The notes under the pieces: generated by a model
What the model was told of the DNA's origin: nothing
The model's input: the letters and a program-made list of their open reading frames with translations, nothing else
Databases searched by the model: none
Shown here: piece by piece, positions 45,402-56,214 of the stretch
Position numbering within the stretch: position 1 is the first letter of the stretch
How the letters are laid out: each line of letters starts with the position of its first letter
Virus record (IMG/VR): IMGVR_UViG_3300024581_003792
Coordinates: 1-64,000 of that record
DNA: 64,000 nt
Strand: one strand, 5' to 3'
Origin: a virus
Position numbers and translations under genes: made by a program

Positions 45402-45938
45402 ATGAATCAAATTGGAGATCTAGCTAGTGGGCTGCTCGAATATGAGTTTGATTATATCACCGGTATTTCTGAAAAATCTGCAGAATTAACAACTATTTCG
45501 GGTGGACTAAGTGGCCGACTAGGCGAACTTAATGTATTGCTAAACCAGAGGTTTTGTTTTACTGGCTCTGATGGTGAACCTTATCCTAGGTTAGGTTTAG
45601 AAGAAGGCGATATCTTGCAACAGCTTTATCTCAGGGATTATAACACTAAGCAGGCGCAAAGATTATTAAGAAATGTTTATGATAGCACCACCAGCGGATC
45701 TGTTGCGACAAACGCTGCAGAATGGATCGAATTGAGAGAAGGCGATACAGTAATTAAGAGAAGTCCTGGAAGTGTTGCAAACTCCGCGTCAAATAGAATA
45801 ACGATGAGTAAGGATTTTAAATCATTAGCTGAGGCAGCAAAGCAAAGAGTAGAAGAGCTTGTTTATGCGTATAATATGTACGGAGCTCAGCCTCGACAAA
45901 TCGCAGGTGAAGATGCTCCTTTGAGTGGATCCTATTGA
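45402..45938 (+). CDS. putative head-tail adaptor
   Basis: Position after the capsid genes; size. Confidence 0.5.
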   Translation: MNQIGDLASGLLEYEFDYITGISEKSAELTTISGGLSGRLGELNVLLNQRFCFTGSDGEPYPRLGLEEGDILQQLYLRDYNTKQAQRLLRNVYDSTTSGSVATNAAEWIELREGDTVIKRSPGSVANSASNRITMSKDFKSLAEAAKQRVEELVYAYNMYGAQPRQIAGEDAPLSGSY

Positions 45939-45943
45939 TTCTT

Positions 45944-48900
45944 CTAGTCAATCTCTATAACGTCATCATCCAAATTATCTAGCATAGAGATATCTTTTTC
46001 TGGATCTAAATCATTGAAGTCGGCATTAAAAGCAGAAACATCTGCATTATAGTGTGATAATTTTTTAATCTCAGCAATTAATCTACCGTTTTCATCAGTG
46101 CATTTTGATTCCATCATAAATTTATCTTTTCTTTCTCCAACAACCATCCAGGAAACAGTCGTAGGGCTATTTGATTCATTCTCAAGTTCAATGTACAGAA
46201 TATTACCAACAACCTTGCTTTTAACATTATTAAATGATGATTCATTAGAGGAAAAAGTTTGTATATTAGTACATAATGCTTCAAAAGTTCCACTTGTCAT
46301 TAAGAAATAATCATCTAGATTGACTTGATGGGTTTGTCCACTGAAAGAAACAGATCCTCGGTATATTAAATCAGCCTGTGGAGACTCGATGGAAGCATGC
46401 CTTAAATAATAATTTTTCGACAACTCAGCCAATGGATGGTCAATTTTAAACTGCTTATCTTGAGCGCTTAATGTGTCGTTTATATAAACACCATCATCCG
46501 AAACAGATAGTATCTTTTTTCCAAAACGGACTAAATGAAGGGCTGCGTCACTATCTTTATATAAACCTGTATTCCTGTCAGAAGCAAAACTGTATTGAGG
46601 TTCAATCTTTACTTCCCAGCTATCAATTCCATTTAAACTTGTAGAAATTAAACCCGATTCACCAAATACCATGTACTTTTCAGTATCTTTATGGTATGTA
46701 ACATCAGATTGAAGTATTAAGCCTGTAGTAGCTCCATCTAATTGAACAAAATCGTCTTTCTTTAAATTTCTATTAGATATAATCTGCTGTAAATCAGCAA
46801 AAGTTATGACAAAAATTTTCTTTTTTGCCCTGTCTATTGCATATACGTTTTCATTGAGACGCTTAAAAGAAAAATAAGCGAAGTACCAGGTGTCATCAAC
46901 TACATCTTCAAGAGGCTCAATATATCTAACATTTTTAAATCCAGAAACTTTTTGCGAATCTATAGTGTGTTCGCAGGATTCGATTATATAGTATCTAGTG
47001 GCATCTAGATATTGATATATTCGCTGCTGGTTGACTGTTAATTTCCTCTTTCCTATAGCGAAAAAACCATCTCCCAGTAAAAAACATGCCTGCGATTGCT
47101 GCAACATTCCTTGATATTCCGTAGTGTTTTCTTTAGTATTATCTGTAAAACAAGCGGTTGGCATAGCGTCGCCATTTATATCCTTTGGTCCATTACTATC
47201 CCAAGTTCCACCGACTCTTTCTATGGCGGTTTTTAAGTTTAAATATGAACCTCCAAATCCATAATCATTTCTATAGCATTTATTTAAGACATCTTCATCA
47301 TCATAAAGATCGTCAGGTATAAGATCTATATGAGTTAACCTGAAATCACCTATAGTTGGACGCAAATACTGACAAGGAGACAAAACAGGGTAACCTGGAC
47401 CATCTATTTGAAATATACCATGCCTTCTGTTTATATATGTAGTGAAAGTAGCGGCATCGTGGTCTTCTAATCTTAAGCCGCCATTCAGGAAAAAATGCAT
47501 ATCCTTAGTATTCCCTCTGGGCCAGTTAGTTAATTGATATCCTAACACACGACTAGTTGTCCAGTCTGAGTATCCGTGATTTCTTGCAAATAATCTCTTA
47601 AATAGATAATCTTGAGAAGAAGAATCTCTTGCTACTAAAATTAAGTGATAGCAATTCATTGTTTTTCCGTTTAGTTCTTCAGTATTGTATGGATCAATGC
47701 TCAAGTCTTGCATCATAGTATCGATATCATTACCGAACATATCTGGAGATATCCTAATTCTTACTCCTGTAGCATTAGCTTCAGTAGAAAAACCTGAAAG
47801 ATTTTGAATGTATGAAGCATCTAATGTAAGAATTTTTGTCATATCACTTAATTGTCCTGGGTATCCTTGTCCTCCTTGCGCACCATACCCACCAGTCACT
47901 CCATTTAAATTTAATGCATAAATTTCGAAAGTTGCATTTTGAAAATTTAAAAATGATCCTTCATCAAAAGCAGTAAAATAAATTGTATGTGTATTTGCAT
48001 AAAAAGTTCCGACTGGCATAATATATCCAGGGGTTTTGTATTCATCATAAAATCTAGCCAGATATTCCATAGAATCAATTAAGGTATATGATATTTCGTC
48101 ATTTGTACCTACATATCTCGTGCTAGAATCATTGTTGTAAGCACTACCCACTCCAGAATAATTTAAAGCAGTTTTAGATGCATCTGAAAAAGCGTCTTGA
48201 TAAAATCGAACTGTATTCATTTGAAGGCTGTCAGCTTCTATAGAATCTGTAGATATAGTAGAGTTATCAGAGCTAATATAGACTTCACATGCATGTCTTC
48301 GTTGGCCTGGGGCGCCTGGATAGTTCCGTCCTATTGCAGAGACTAATTGTTTTACTGAAAGAGTATTGCCGCTTGACTGTGAAATAATATCTTCACCTTT
48401 TTCAAACGATTGTATACAAAAAAACGGGTAATGATAGTCAGATCGTTTTCGGTCATTAAGATATCTATATCGATCATTGTTCACATCTCTAGTATAAGGA
48501 ACGTAACTTGCTAACCACCTAGATTCACCTGATGAATTTTTAGCCTGTACTACAGCCAGACCTCCCGAAGAGTGAGGATAGGTTCTGAAATTATGAAAAT
48601 AGGAGTTGTCATAAACTGGTTCAAATATACTTAATGAGAAATCTCCAACATTTTCACCTGCATTGTTGGTTCTTTTTATTGAACTACTGGAAACTTTCGC
48701 ATTGTTTGCAGGTCCACCATTTAATTTACTCGTAGCAATGTCAAACAATATATCCCTTGTCCGGTATCTGTTAAGAGTCTTTCCGTCAGTGTTTTCTACA
48801 TGAAGATAACTATTTCCATGAGTTGAACTGTACCAATTATATAGTTCAATAACCTTGCGTTCATTATTATGCGAGAAAGGATGAGAAAAAGAACCCTTAT

Positions 48901-51900
48901 GGGAATAAGATCCAGTTATATGATTTACATGCATGTGAGGGGTTCTGTATCTCACAGATGTATTAGAATCAGTTAAGCTACCGATACCTGACACTGCAGT
49001 ATATTCACCAGACGAATTAATTAGTATACTAGAACTAGACCATTGACGGCTACCTAAATCGCTAACAAATCTAGCAATTACGTTATTGTTTACTTGGAAT
49101 TCATATAAGTCAACGAATGCTGAAACAGCTAAACCGTTAGCTATGGTTGTAGACCAAATTTTAGATGCTGATTCGTATTCTGTTACGGCTAAATTTTTAG
49201 CAGTCGCTTTGCCTTGAGGCATAACATTAATATGGTAACCGTTTGAGCCTGTAACAAAACTTAAAGTTCTTGCACGATAATCTTCTTGGGGGTGTTGACT
49301 TAATGATGCATCTACTTCTGTTGAGTTCACTATTACTTTATTTCTGTATTCAGTTGTAGTATCTGCAATCATATCTCTTTTCATATCTTGAGCTTCTTTG
49401 ACAGTAATGATCGTAGAAAGATAATCTGTATTTTTATGATCATTATATAACTCAAGTATTTTATCTCCGTAACTTTCTACGTTAAACAAGTAGTGGTAAC
49501 CTTTACTGTCTGTCAGTAGAGCTTGAGAATCGCTATATTTAGTTGCATGGGTGAGGGTGTTAGCGGATCTCCCACTAACAAAATCAAAAGGATTGCTTGC
49601 AAATTCATCAGAGACACCAGAATATCGCCTTTTGCTTGATGTCCATCTCACCCAAGGAAACAAGAGTGTATACCAGATGCTCGCATAATATTCATCACCT
49701 GCAAAATCACCAAGTAAGAATTTAGGCCCTTTAAAATGATTAAAATCAGGATAACTTCCATCAGGCAAAAACATCTCTACAGGACAAGTAAAACCTGATC
49801 TCATTATATACTTATTATTTGAAAATAAGTCACTAGTGCTATAAATATATTCATCAGGGTGCCTACTCAATGTATTTGCAATTCTGTAAACTATAGATTC
49901 GCTATATCCATTTGGAATTTTTCCTTCTGCATAATCAGCTGTGGGATAATAATCATAATGCAAGCTTTTCCACTGTGTGTCATTGGCCAATTGGTAAGTA
50001 CTGGGCCCATAAAAAGTTCCCACCAATGAAAACTGAATGTTATTGTCTTCAATGAATTGAGCTGTGATTGATTGGCCAGAGTTCAAACGATTATCTAACG
50101 CCCTGTAGCCTCTCATAATTAAAGAGCCTCTGAATCCCAACCAAGGACTTACTGGGCCATACCTGTGATCATAGTGGGCAACCCTCGGGGTCATGGATAT
50201 AGCCATGAAGTCTAAATCATAATTATAGTAGGTGCTCATATCATATGAGTGGGCATAACTCCCAGTTGGTTTAGAAATATACATTAACTCTGCACCTTCT
50301 TCTGTTGCCCAATTGGGAAGATGAAAAGGAATCATATCTAATTCCTCTCCTGTAATATTTGCTGCATTAGCTCCACCAAATGTATGAAAATTAATGAATG
50401 CATCATTGCCTTCTACATCTGTAGATGTTATGTCTCCTTGACCCAAAATTATCGCCTTAAAGCGTCTGGAAGCTTCTTTATCAGTAGTACCGTTTTCAGA
50501 ATCAGCTAAAGCTTTTATCGTTATTCTCATATTGCTCCAGCTACTACTAGTTATACCTCCGATGTGACTAACATTACGAAAAGGATTACCGGTATTAGAA
50601 CTAGTATAATTCGTATACTTGTTGCCAGTATCACTTATAGCTAAACCACCCAACCCTGTCGAGGATGAACTAGTGTTAAAGCCGGCATAGGGATCCCCGC
50701 CAAGATAACTCCAACTTGGTATAAAATTACTTTTCACCCAAGTGTCCCCATTATCATCAGAATACATTCCTGGACCAGTACCCTCTGGATGCAACAACAC
50801 CGAAGAGCTAAATTCTATAGTTCCTGGTATAGCAGCAGCATCCATTTTGGCAAAAAGCCTTTTTCTACTATTTGGTAATTTAAAAATACCAAGAGCTACA
50901 ATCTTGGAATTAATTCCTGAGGTTTTTTTTCTAGTAAATGAAAAACCATCAAGCGTAGTGCTTATTGATCCAGCATTATCTATAATATAAATTTCATCAT
51001 CATTTATAAACTTGTAAACACCAAATGGCCTGCCTTGGTCTGCTGGTGTTAATTGAGATTCTCCTAGGTATGATATTGCTCCAGCTGAATACTCAACTTT
51101 TTGAGTAACAATCATGTTAGAGGCCTCTACTGCCTCTATTTTTGCAGTTGATTGTACTTCTAAATTATGAAAATTTCCATTAGCCCAGGCATTTGTAGAT
51201 GTGCCCACATTTCCAGTATTATCCTCTTCAGGAGAAAATCCGTTTGTCATATCAACAGCCGGAGCAATTTGCCATCCTTCCCACCATAAATTACCACCTT
51301 TATTGTATAATTTATTTGCTAGGGATGAGGGTGCGTCTGTTTGAACAGCTAGAGTGATGTAAGGATCAAAAGATGCTCCTGCTTTGAAATTAGATACATT
51401 ATTAAAAGAAATAGTTCCATCTGATTCTAATTTTATTCTGGTTTCTCCGTTTTGAGTAAATGCTACGGGATCATCGTCACCAGTACCACCGCCAAAACCA
51501 ATACCTCCACCCGGAGCAGGAGTTGAAACTAAAACTTTCTGGTTGTTTACAAAAACATCATCAGTAAATCTGCCAATTTTGGCTCTAATTTCTCCATCGT
51601 CACTTATTAGATTTTTTTCAATTTTTACATCATTATTTGAATCAATTATGATTGCATCTTCTGACTCTCTCTGTATATGAACTTCTCTTGTGTCATCTAC
51701 CTCTACTGCGCCAAGATAAACAATGTCATTATCGCCGGATGCTACTAATCCTCCGTCTGGAGTAGGACTTCTGAACCCCGTAATCACAGGATTTCCGCTG
51801 ACTTGTAATCCTTCGCTAAAATCAGCAAATACTGCTCCTCCTGAAACAACTTGCTCGTAGGTTACTTTGCGAGTAACCCTATCGTGTCCTTCTCCTGTAT

Positions 51901-51982
51901 TTAAAGCGCTAGGAAGAAAATTACCGCTTGAGATGTCTCCGCCAGTTGCGGGAATAAGGTTTCGAATCTTGATGTTAGGCAT
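45944..51982 (-). CDS. giant tail fibre/receptor-binding protein (2012 aa)
   Basis: N-terminal KIRNL module, Asp-box YSDDNGDTW, C-terminal KQFKIDHP...LRHASIESP...YRG domain typical of fibre ends. Confidence 0.75.
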   Translation of the reverse strand: MPNIKIRNLIPATGGDISSGNFLPSALNTGEGHDRVTRKVTYEQVVSGGAVFADFSEGLQVSGNPVITGFRSPTPDGGLVASGDNDIVYLGAVEVDDTREVHIQRESEDAIIIDSNNDVKIEKNLISDDGEIRAKIGRFTDDVFVNNQKVLVSTPAPGGGIGFGGGTGDDDPVAFTQNGETRIKLESDGTISFNNVSNFKAGASFDPYITLAVQTDAPSSLANKLYNKGGNLWWEGWQIAPAVDMTNGFSPEEDNTGNVGTSTNAWANGNFHNLEVQSTAKIEAVEASNMIVTQKVEYSAGAISYLGESQLTPADQGRPFGVYKFINDDEIYIIDNAGSISTTLDGFSFTRKKTSGINSKIVALGIFKLPNSRKRLFAKMDAAAIPGTIEFSSSVLLHPEGTGPGMYSDDNGDTWVKSNFIPSWSYLGGDPYAGFNTSSSSTGLGGLAISDTGNKYTNYTSSNTGNPFRNVSHIGGITSSSWSNMRITIKALADSENGTTDKEASRRFKAIILGQGDITSTDVEGNDAFINFHTFGGANAANITGEELDMIPFHLPNWATEEGAELMYISKPTGSYAHSYDMSTYYNYDLDFMAISMTPRVAHYDHRYGPVSPWLGFRGSLIMRGYRALDNRLNSGQSITAQFIEDNNIQFSLVGTFYGPSTYQLANDTQWKSLHYDYYPTADYAEGKIPNGYSESIVYRIANTLSRHPDEYIYSTSDLFSNNKYIMRSGFTCPVEMFLPDGSYPDFNHFKGPKFLLGDFAGDEYYASIWYTLLFPWVRWTSSKRRYSGVSDEFASNPFDFVSGRSANTLTHATKYSDSQALLTDSKGYHYLFNVESYGDKILELYNDHKNTDYLSTIITVKEAQDMKRDMIADTTTEYRNKVIVNSTEVDASLSQHPQEDYRARTLSFVTGSNGYHINVMPQGKATAKNLAVTEYESASKIWSTTIANGLAVSAFVDLYEFQVNNNVIARFVSDLGSRQWSSSSILINSSGEYTAVSGIGSLTDSNTSVRYRTPHMHVNHITGSYSHKGSFSHPFSHNNERKVIELYNWYSSTHGNSYLHVENTDGKTLNRYRTRDILFDIATSKLNGGPANNAKVSSSSIKRTNNAGENVGDFSLSIFEPVYDNSYFHNFRTYPHSSGGLAVVQAKNSSGESRWLASYVPYTRDVNNDRYRYLNDRKRSDYHYPFFCIQSFEKGEDIISQSSGNTLSVKQLVSAIGRNYPGAPGQRRHACEVYISSDNSTISTDSIEADSLQMNTVRFYQDAFSDASKTALNYSGVGSAYNNDSSTRYVGTNDEISYTLIDSMEYLARFYDEYKTPGYIMPVGTFYANTHTIYFTAFDEGSFLNFQNATFEIYALNLNGVTGGYGAQGGQGYPGQLSDMTKILTLDASYIQNLSGFSTEANATGVRIRISPDMFGNDIDTMMQDLSIDPYNTEELNGKTMNCYHLILVARDSSSQDYLFKRLFARNHGYSDWTTSRVLGYQLTNWPRGNTKDMHFFLNGGLRLEDHDAATFTTYINRRHGIFQIDGPGYPVLSPCQYLRPTIGDFRLTHIDLIPDDLYDDEDVLNKCYRNDYGFGGSYLNLKTAIERVGGTWDSNGPKDINGDAMPTACFTDNTKENTTEYQGMLQQSQACFLLGDGFFAIGKRKLTVNQQRIYQYLDATRYYIIESCEHTIDSQKVSGFKNVRYIEPLEDVVDDTWYFAYFSFKRLNENVYAIDRAKKKIFVITFADLQQIISNRNLKKDDFVQLDGATTGLILQSDVTYHKDTEKYMVFGESGLISTSLNGIDSWEVKIEPQYSFASDRNTGLYKDSDAALHLVRFGKKILSVSDDGVYINDTLSAQDKQFKIDHPLAELSKNYYLRHASIESPQADLIYRGSVSFSGQTHQVNLDDYFLMTSGTFEALCTNIQTFSSNESSFNNVKSKVVGNILYIELENESNSPTTVSWMVVGERKDKFMMESKCTDENGRLIAEIKKLSHYNADVSAFNADFNDLDPEKDISMLDNLDDDVIEID

Positions 51983-52002
51983 ATCATATTATACACAAAA
52001 AA

Positions 52003-52980
52003 TCATTGTCCGCTCATATCCATCAAGTCTTTCATTGATAAAGTTCCCTTTTTCTTGGCAATGTCTGTCAAACTTTGACCTACAGGCTCCATTCCTAGTT
52101 CTGATAAATCTTCTTTTGTTGCGCCGACCACGGTTGATCCTGCGGAATTTTTATTCTCAAACTGTTTTTTCATTTTTTCACGGGATTCTGAAGAATTTGC
52201 AAAATCCAACAAGGCAGATGGATCTTTTTTTATTCTATCTGGAATGTTTTCATTTGTTTCAAAAATATTTTTAAAAATCCTAGTATACAATATTAAGTTT
52301 AATTGAAAGTTTGTTAGTTCGAGTATCGGTTTCCCGAAAAAGTCTATCGAGTTTTCGGAAAAGTGGTAGTAGACTTTGTAGAAATCTTGGATGGCTAGAT
52401 GCTGGATATTCTCTTCCCCAAAATTAGCATGAAACTTATTGTAAATAGAAACTAAATCAGAAACTTCTTTTGTGCTGGCGTACTCAAATTCTTCTTGAGT
52501 ATATAACCTGGTCTTTAGGTCTTCATCTTGATAAAAACTGTTGAATATATAAAAATCATTTGCTCGGTTTAAAGCATAACGATCCGCACTATTCTGTATT
52601 AAGCTTTGCTTCTTTGTTTTTAATTCTTCAAGATTTTTCTTTGCTTCTTCTATTTGTTTATTGATTTGATCCATTGCACTTTTAAGCACAATGTTCTTTT
52701 TGTTTTTTATTAAATTTTCAACGTAAAAAGATTGAGACTCTATTTCGGATTCGTCTTTATCTGACCATTCGCCTTCTTCTTTTAAGTTTTCAAATATTTC
52801 TTCTTCAGTGGGTAAGCCTTTAGATATGGCCCGATTTAAATACATTTCGTAAACATCATCAAAATCAACCAAATCGTCGGTTGATTGATGCTTAATGAAA
52901 CGTTTTTTTTCTCCTATATAAAAACCTGAGTATCCGTCAGATATTTCTTTGAGTAGTTTTCTGTATTTTTTTGAATCCAC
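52003..52980 (-). CDS. putative tail assembly chaperone-like protein
   Basis: GTG start, in frame with the upstream gene; coiled coil. Confidence 0.55.
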   Translation of the reverse strand: MDSKKYRKLLKEISDGYSGFYIGEKKRFIKHQSTDDLVDFDDVYEMYLNRAISKGLPTEEEIFENLKEEGEWSDKDESEIESQSFYVENLIKNKKNIVLKSAMDQINKQIEEAKKNLEELKTKKQSLIQNSADRYALNRANDFYIFNSFYQDEDLKTRLYTQEEFEYASTKEVSDLVSIYNKFHANFGEENIQHLAIQDFYKVYYHFSENSIDFFGKPILELTNFQLNLILYTRIFKNIFETNENIPDRIKKDPSALLDFANSSESREKMKKQFENKNSAGSTVVGATKEDLSELGMEPVGQSLTDIAKKKGTLSMKDLMDMSGQ

Positions 52981-52983
52981 CCA

Positions 52984-53748
52984 TTATAAATTCCCTTCTT
53001 CGAGATCTTTTTCTAGATTCTCAAAATCTTCTTGGGATGGGTTTTGGCTGAAATACCAAAAACTGACAAATGTCATGAGTTTTTCTTTTGCTAAATCAAA
53101 AACAGGATCACCTTTCTCATCCATGATATAATAAGAATCTTGCTTTTGTTCGTCGTTTTCTCCTTCAAACAGCGGAACAATAGATCCTTCGCCAGATTTA
53201 ACGTAACATAAATTAAGCATATACCAAAGGATCGTTTTATTCTGAGCTTTTGTATCAGCTGTATGATTAAAAACATTTTGATATGCTGTCTCAAGGTCAA
53301 CTATCGATCTTCTAAGTTCAGCAAAATTCTCAGTAAGATCTGCTTGTTTTTTGACGTCTTCGTCTGACTTATTTTTCCTGTTATTGAGTCTAGTTAGAGA
53401 CTCTTGCGTCTCGGAAAGTTCTCTGTATAATCTCATTAAAGAATTAGAGTCCTCTTCTGTTAATAATCCTCCACTATCGCTGTATTTTTTTGCCATCATC
53501 GCTTTAGTTAGGATGCCGCGCTTGATGCATTTGCTCATTTCGACACTAAACTCCATGTCTGCATCTTCTATTTGTCTTCTTGATGGTTCGTAGATGATGA
53601 CTTCGTGAGGAATTTCTTCTGATACTGTTTCAACTTTTTCGACCTTTTTAGTCTCTCCGGACTCTGGGTCTTTTTCTTCAACAGTAGATTTTTTCTCTAC
53701 TTCGCTTTTAGTTGTAACTGTAAACTTGTAAATAATTTTTTTGTTCAT
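52984..53748 (-). CDS. putative tail assembly chaperone-like protein
   Basis: Acidic, helical; in the tail module. Confidence 0.55.
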   Translation of the reverse strand: MNKKIIYKFTVTTKSEVEKKSTVEEKDPESGETKKVEKVETVSEEIPHEVIIYEPSRRQIEDADMEFSVEMSKCIKRGILTKAMMAKKYSDSGGLLTEEDSNSLMRLYRELSETQESLTRLNNRKNKSDEDVKKQADLTENFAELRRSIVDLETAYQNVFNHTADTKAQNKTILWYMLNLCYVKSGEGSIVPLFEGENDEQKQDSYYIMDEKGDPVFDLAKEKLMTFVSFWYFSQNPSQEDFENLEKDLEEGNL

Positions 53749-53781
53749 GTAATATACCTTATACCTTTTTTTATTATAAAC

Positions 53782-54078
53782 TTAAAATTTAAAACTTATA
53801 GTAAAATTTTCAAAACTACTTTCTGCGTCTCTTATGCTGTCATTACCCATGTCTAGTATTTTCTTTCTGAGGTACTGTAGTTTATATTGATCGAAATAGT
53901 CAGCCTGATTAATGAGGCTTTGATATTCTTTAGGTAGAGCATCGCTCAACTTTTTAAAATTAATGACATGATCCCTATGAAGATCTTCAATCAAAATCAA
54001 AAAAGATTTAAATAAAACCTTTGTGTTTCTTTTATATACATCACTTACAATATCTTCAGGATCAATCATTTTTAGCAT
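53782..54078 (-). CDS. hypothetical protein
   Basis: ORF. Confidence 0.6.
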   Translation of the reverse strand: MLKMIDPEDIVSDVYKRNTKVLFKSFLILIEDLHRDHVINFKKLSDALPKEYQSLINQADYFDQYKLQYLRKKILDMGNDSIRDAESSFENFTISFKF

Positions 54079-54143
54079 TTAATATATATTATTAGCGGTT
54101 AGTATTTTTTCAATATATTCCTTGGTCGGTGTACTCATATAGT

Positions 54144-54593
54144 ATGACTTCTTATTTAAATAATACCGAGAAAATGGCATTAGAGTCCGTCATGGATAAC
54201 ATGCATGAGACTTTTGCGAGGACAATTTTTGCCTATAAGGATAGTAAAAAAATAATCGTAAGCACAGATCCGAATTTCAACTTTCTGTATAACAATGTGA
54301 GAGGTGTTAAAAAAATAATAAATAAAACCCAGTTTAAGTCATTACAAGCAAGAGTCTTATATATGGACAAGCAAAACGAGGTTACTTTTGATTCTCAAGT
54401 CGATAGTCAGATTAAAGTAAGCCACGATATCGGAGAGGTTAGAATTAAACTCGACGCAGAAGGTTATAGTTATTTCAAAGACGCAAAAAGAGTAGAAATA
54501 GATGGACGCTTAATGTTTAAGGTTACTGATGTTAAAAAACATGGATTATTCAGGCCGCGATTCTTTACGTATTATCTGCGCCCAACAGACTAA
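54144..54593 (+). CDS. putative head closure/neck protein
   Basis: Start reassigned to the ATG after GTGTA(54129); position. Confidence 0.55.
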   Translation: MTSYLNNTEKMALESVMDNMHETFARTIFAYKDSKKIIVSTDPNFNFLYNNVRGVKKIINKTQFKSLQARVLYMDKQNEVTFDSQVDSQIKVSHDIGEVRIKLDAEGYSYFKDAKRVEIDGRLMFKVTDVKKHGLFRPRFFTYYLRPTD

Positions 54594-55228
54594 TGAGTAT
54601 CATATATACCATTAATGGGAAAAAGCTTCACCAGGAAATCATCACGAGTTTAGCGCAAAAAAACAATCCCACCCAAATTAAAAATAGCTTAAGGCTCGAT
54701 AATGGCGAATTGCTTGTTAGGAAATTTGAATCAATGAAGCGGAGTATGATCAGGGAGTTTCTGAACTTGCCAGTAACTAAGGAAATACTTGCGGGACCAG
54801 GCGCATCAAACACTAGTGGTACTCTTGGGGGTTACGGTAATTTGTTTTCGTTCATAGGTTTTAGCGAGCAGGATCAACCGATTGATCCAATCATTCAACT
54901 ACTAAATCAAACATCCATACAAGTATCCAAGGTTAGTAGGTTAGGCTCTATAAACGTAAGAATAACGATGCCTAGTAAAGATGATATTTTCGCGGTGACA
55001 CCACTGCCTTGGGCGACTGGAATTAGTTGGGCGCAAAGAATAGAGCTTGGTTTGTCTGGATTGGGTGTATATTTTAATAAAGAATCCGTTTCAAGTAGAT
55101 CATCCATGGGCTTACAAATCAAGAATAAAATCAGGCAGGGTGCATTCACGAATGTACCATATATATCTAGGTTTATAAAAAGATGGCAAAATCTATTCAT
55201 AAAAATAGAAAAAAAAATTACCATATAA
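54593..55228 (+). CDS. putative neck/tail completion protein
   Basis: TAATG coupling; position. Confidence 0.55.
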   Translation: MSIIYTINGKKLHQEIITSLAQKNNPTQIKNSLRLDNGELLVRKFESMKRSMIREFLNLPVTKEILAGPGASNTSGTLGGYGNLFSFIGFSEQDQPIDPIIQLLNQTSIQVSKVSRLGSINVRITMPSKDDIFAVTPLPWATGISWAQRIELGLSGLGVYFNKESVSSRSSMGLQIKNKIRQGAFTNVPYISRFIKRWQNLFIKIEKKITI

Positions 55229-56137
55229 ATGAAGCCTCAATTTCAACATGAAGCTAATACTAGTTTTGCATTATGGCTAGATCATTATCTGTTGGTTAGG
55301 GGTGAAGCATTCTCAAATAGACAAGGAGATCTTTATTATACTCCAGACGAGAGGTTGCCCGTTTACCCCGAAGACCCGGAAGGATTTGTTTCTTATAACA
55401 GTGAGTACAAGCAGTGGGTTTATGATAGTGATGTAAAAGATGCAGAAATACCGAGCGGGGTATATATAGACACCGGAGATGGAATTTATAATTTTTGTGA
55501 ACGAGGTCAAAGTGGATTGATAATCGATTTTGATAACGGAAGAGTATTATTAAGCGGGCAATATTTTCCTGAGAACTACAACACACTACAGATCAACGCA
55601 GACTTTGCAGTAAAAGATGTAAATATATATCTTGCTGATGACACTGAAGAGAATCTAGTTTTAGAAAATAAATATAATGTAAATAGTAGGAGCACCCCGA
55701 ACTATGGAGAGGGAATTGGTTTGCCTGCATACGAACAAGTCGCTCCCGCAGCATTTGTATCCATGGAAAGATCTGTAAATACTCCTTTTGCTTTTGGTGG
55801 AGAAGATCTTACCCATTTATACTATAGGGTAGTATTTTTCGCTCAAGACCTTTATCAATTAGACGGAGTAATGTCCTTGTGTACTGATGCGTACAATGTG
55901 GGGATTAAAAATTTAGGATATGACCAACATCCATTCAATGAATATGGAGACTTAAAAACCGGTTATTACAATTATAGGGAAGCTGTTCAAAATTGCGATC
56001 ATCCTGGAGCAATTATGTTTATAGATGACGCAAAAGCTTCAAAAATCAGTGACAAATTAACAAGAACAACTAATCCAGATTTATATTTAGGATTTGTAGA
56101 CTTTGAAGTTAATCAAGCAAGATACCCAAGATTATAA
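55229..56137 (+). CDS. putative tail terminator protein
   Basis: Directly upstream of the tail tube gene. Confidence 0.5.
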   Translation: MKPQFQHEANTSFALWLDHYLLVRGEAFSNRQGDLYYTPDERLPVYPEDPEGFVSYNSEYKQWVYDSDVKDAEIPSGVYIDTGDGIYNFCERGQSGLIIDFDNGRVLLSGQYFPENYNTLQINADFAVKDVNIYLADDTEENLVLENKYNVNSRSTPNYGEGIGLPAYEQVAPAAFVSMERSVNTPFAFGGEDLTHLYYRVVFFAQDLYQLDGVMSLCTDAYNVGIKNLGYDQHPFNEYGDLKTGYYNYREAVQNCDHPGAIMFIDDAKASKISDKLTRTTNPDLYLGFVDFEVNQARYPRL

Positions 56138-56214
56138 AAAAAATATTTCCCAATAAAAAAAACATAATGTAATTTTATACAAACAATTATTTTCACAAAT
56201 AGGAGACTTAAAAA

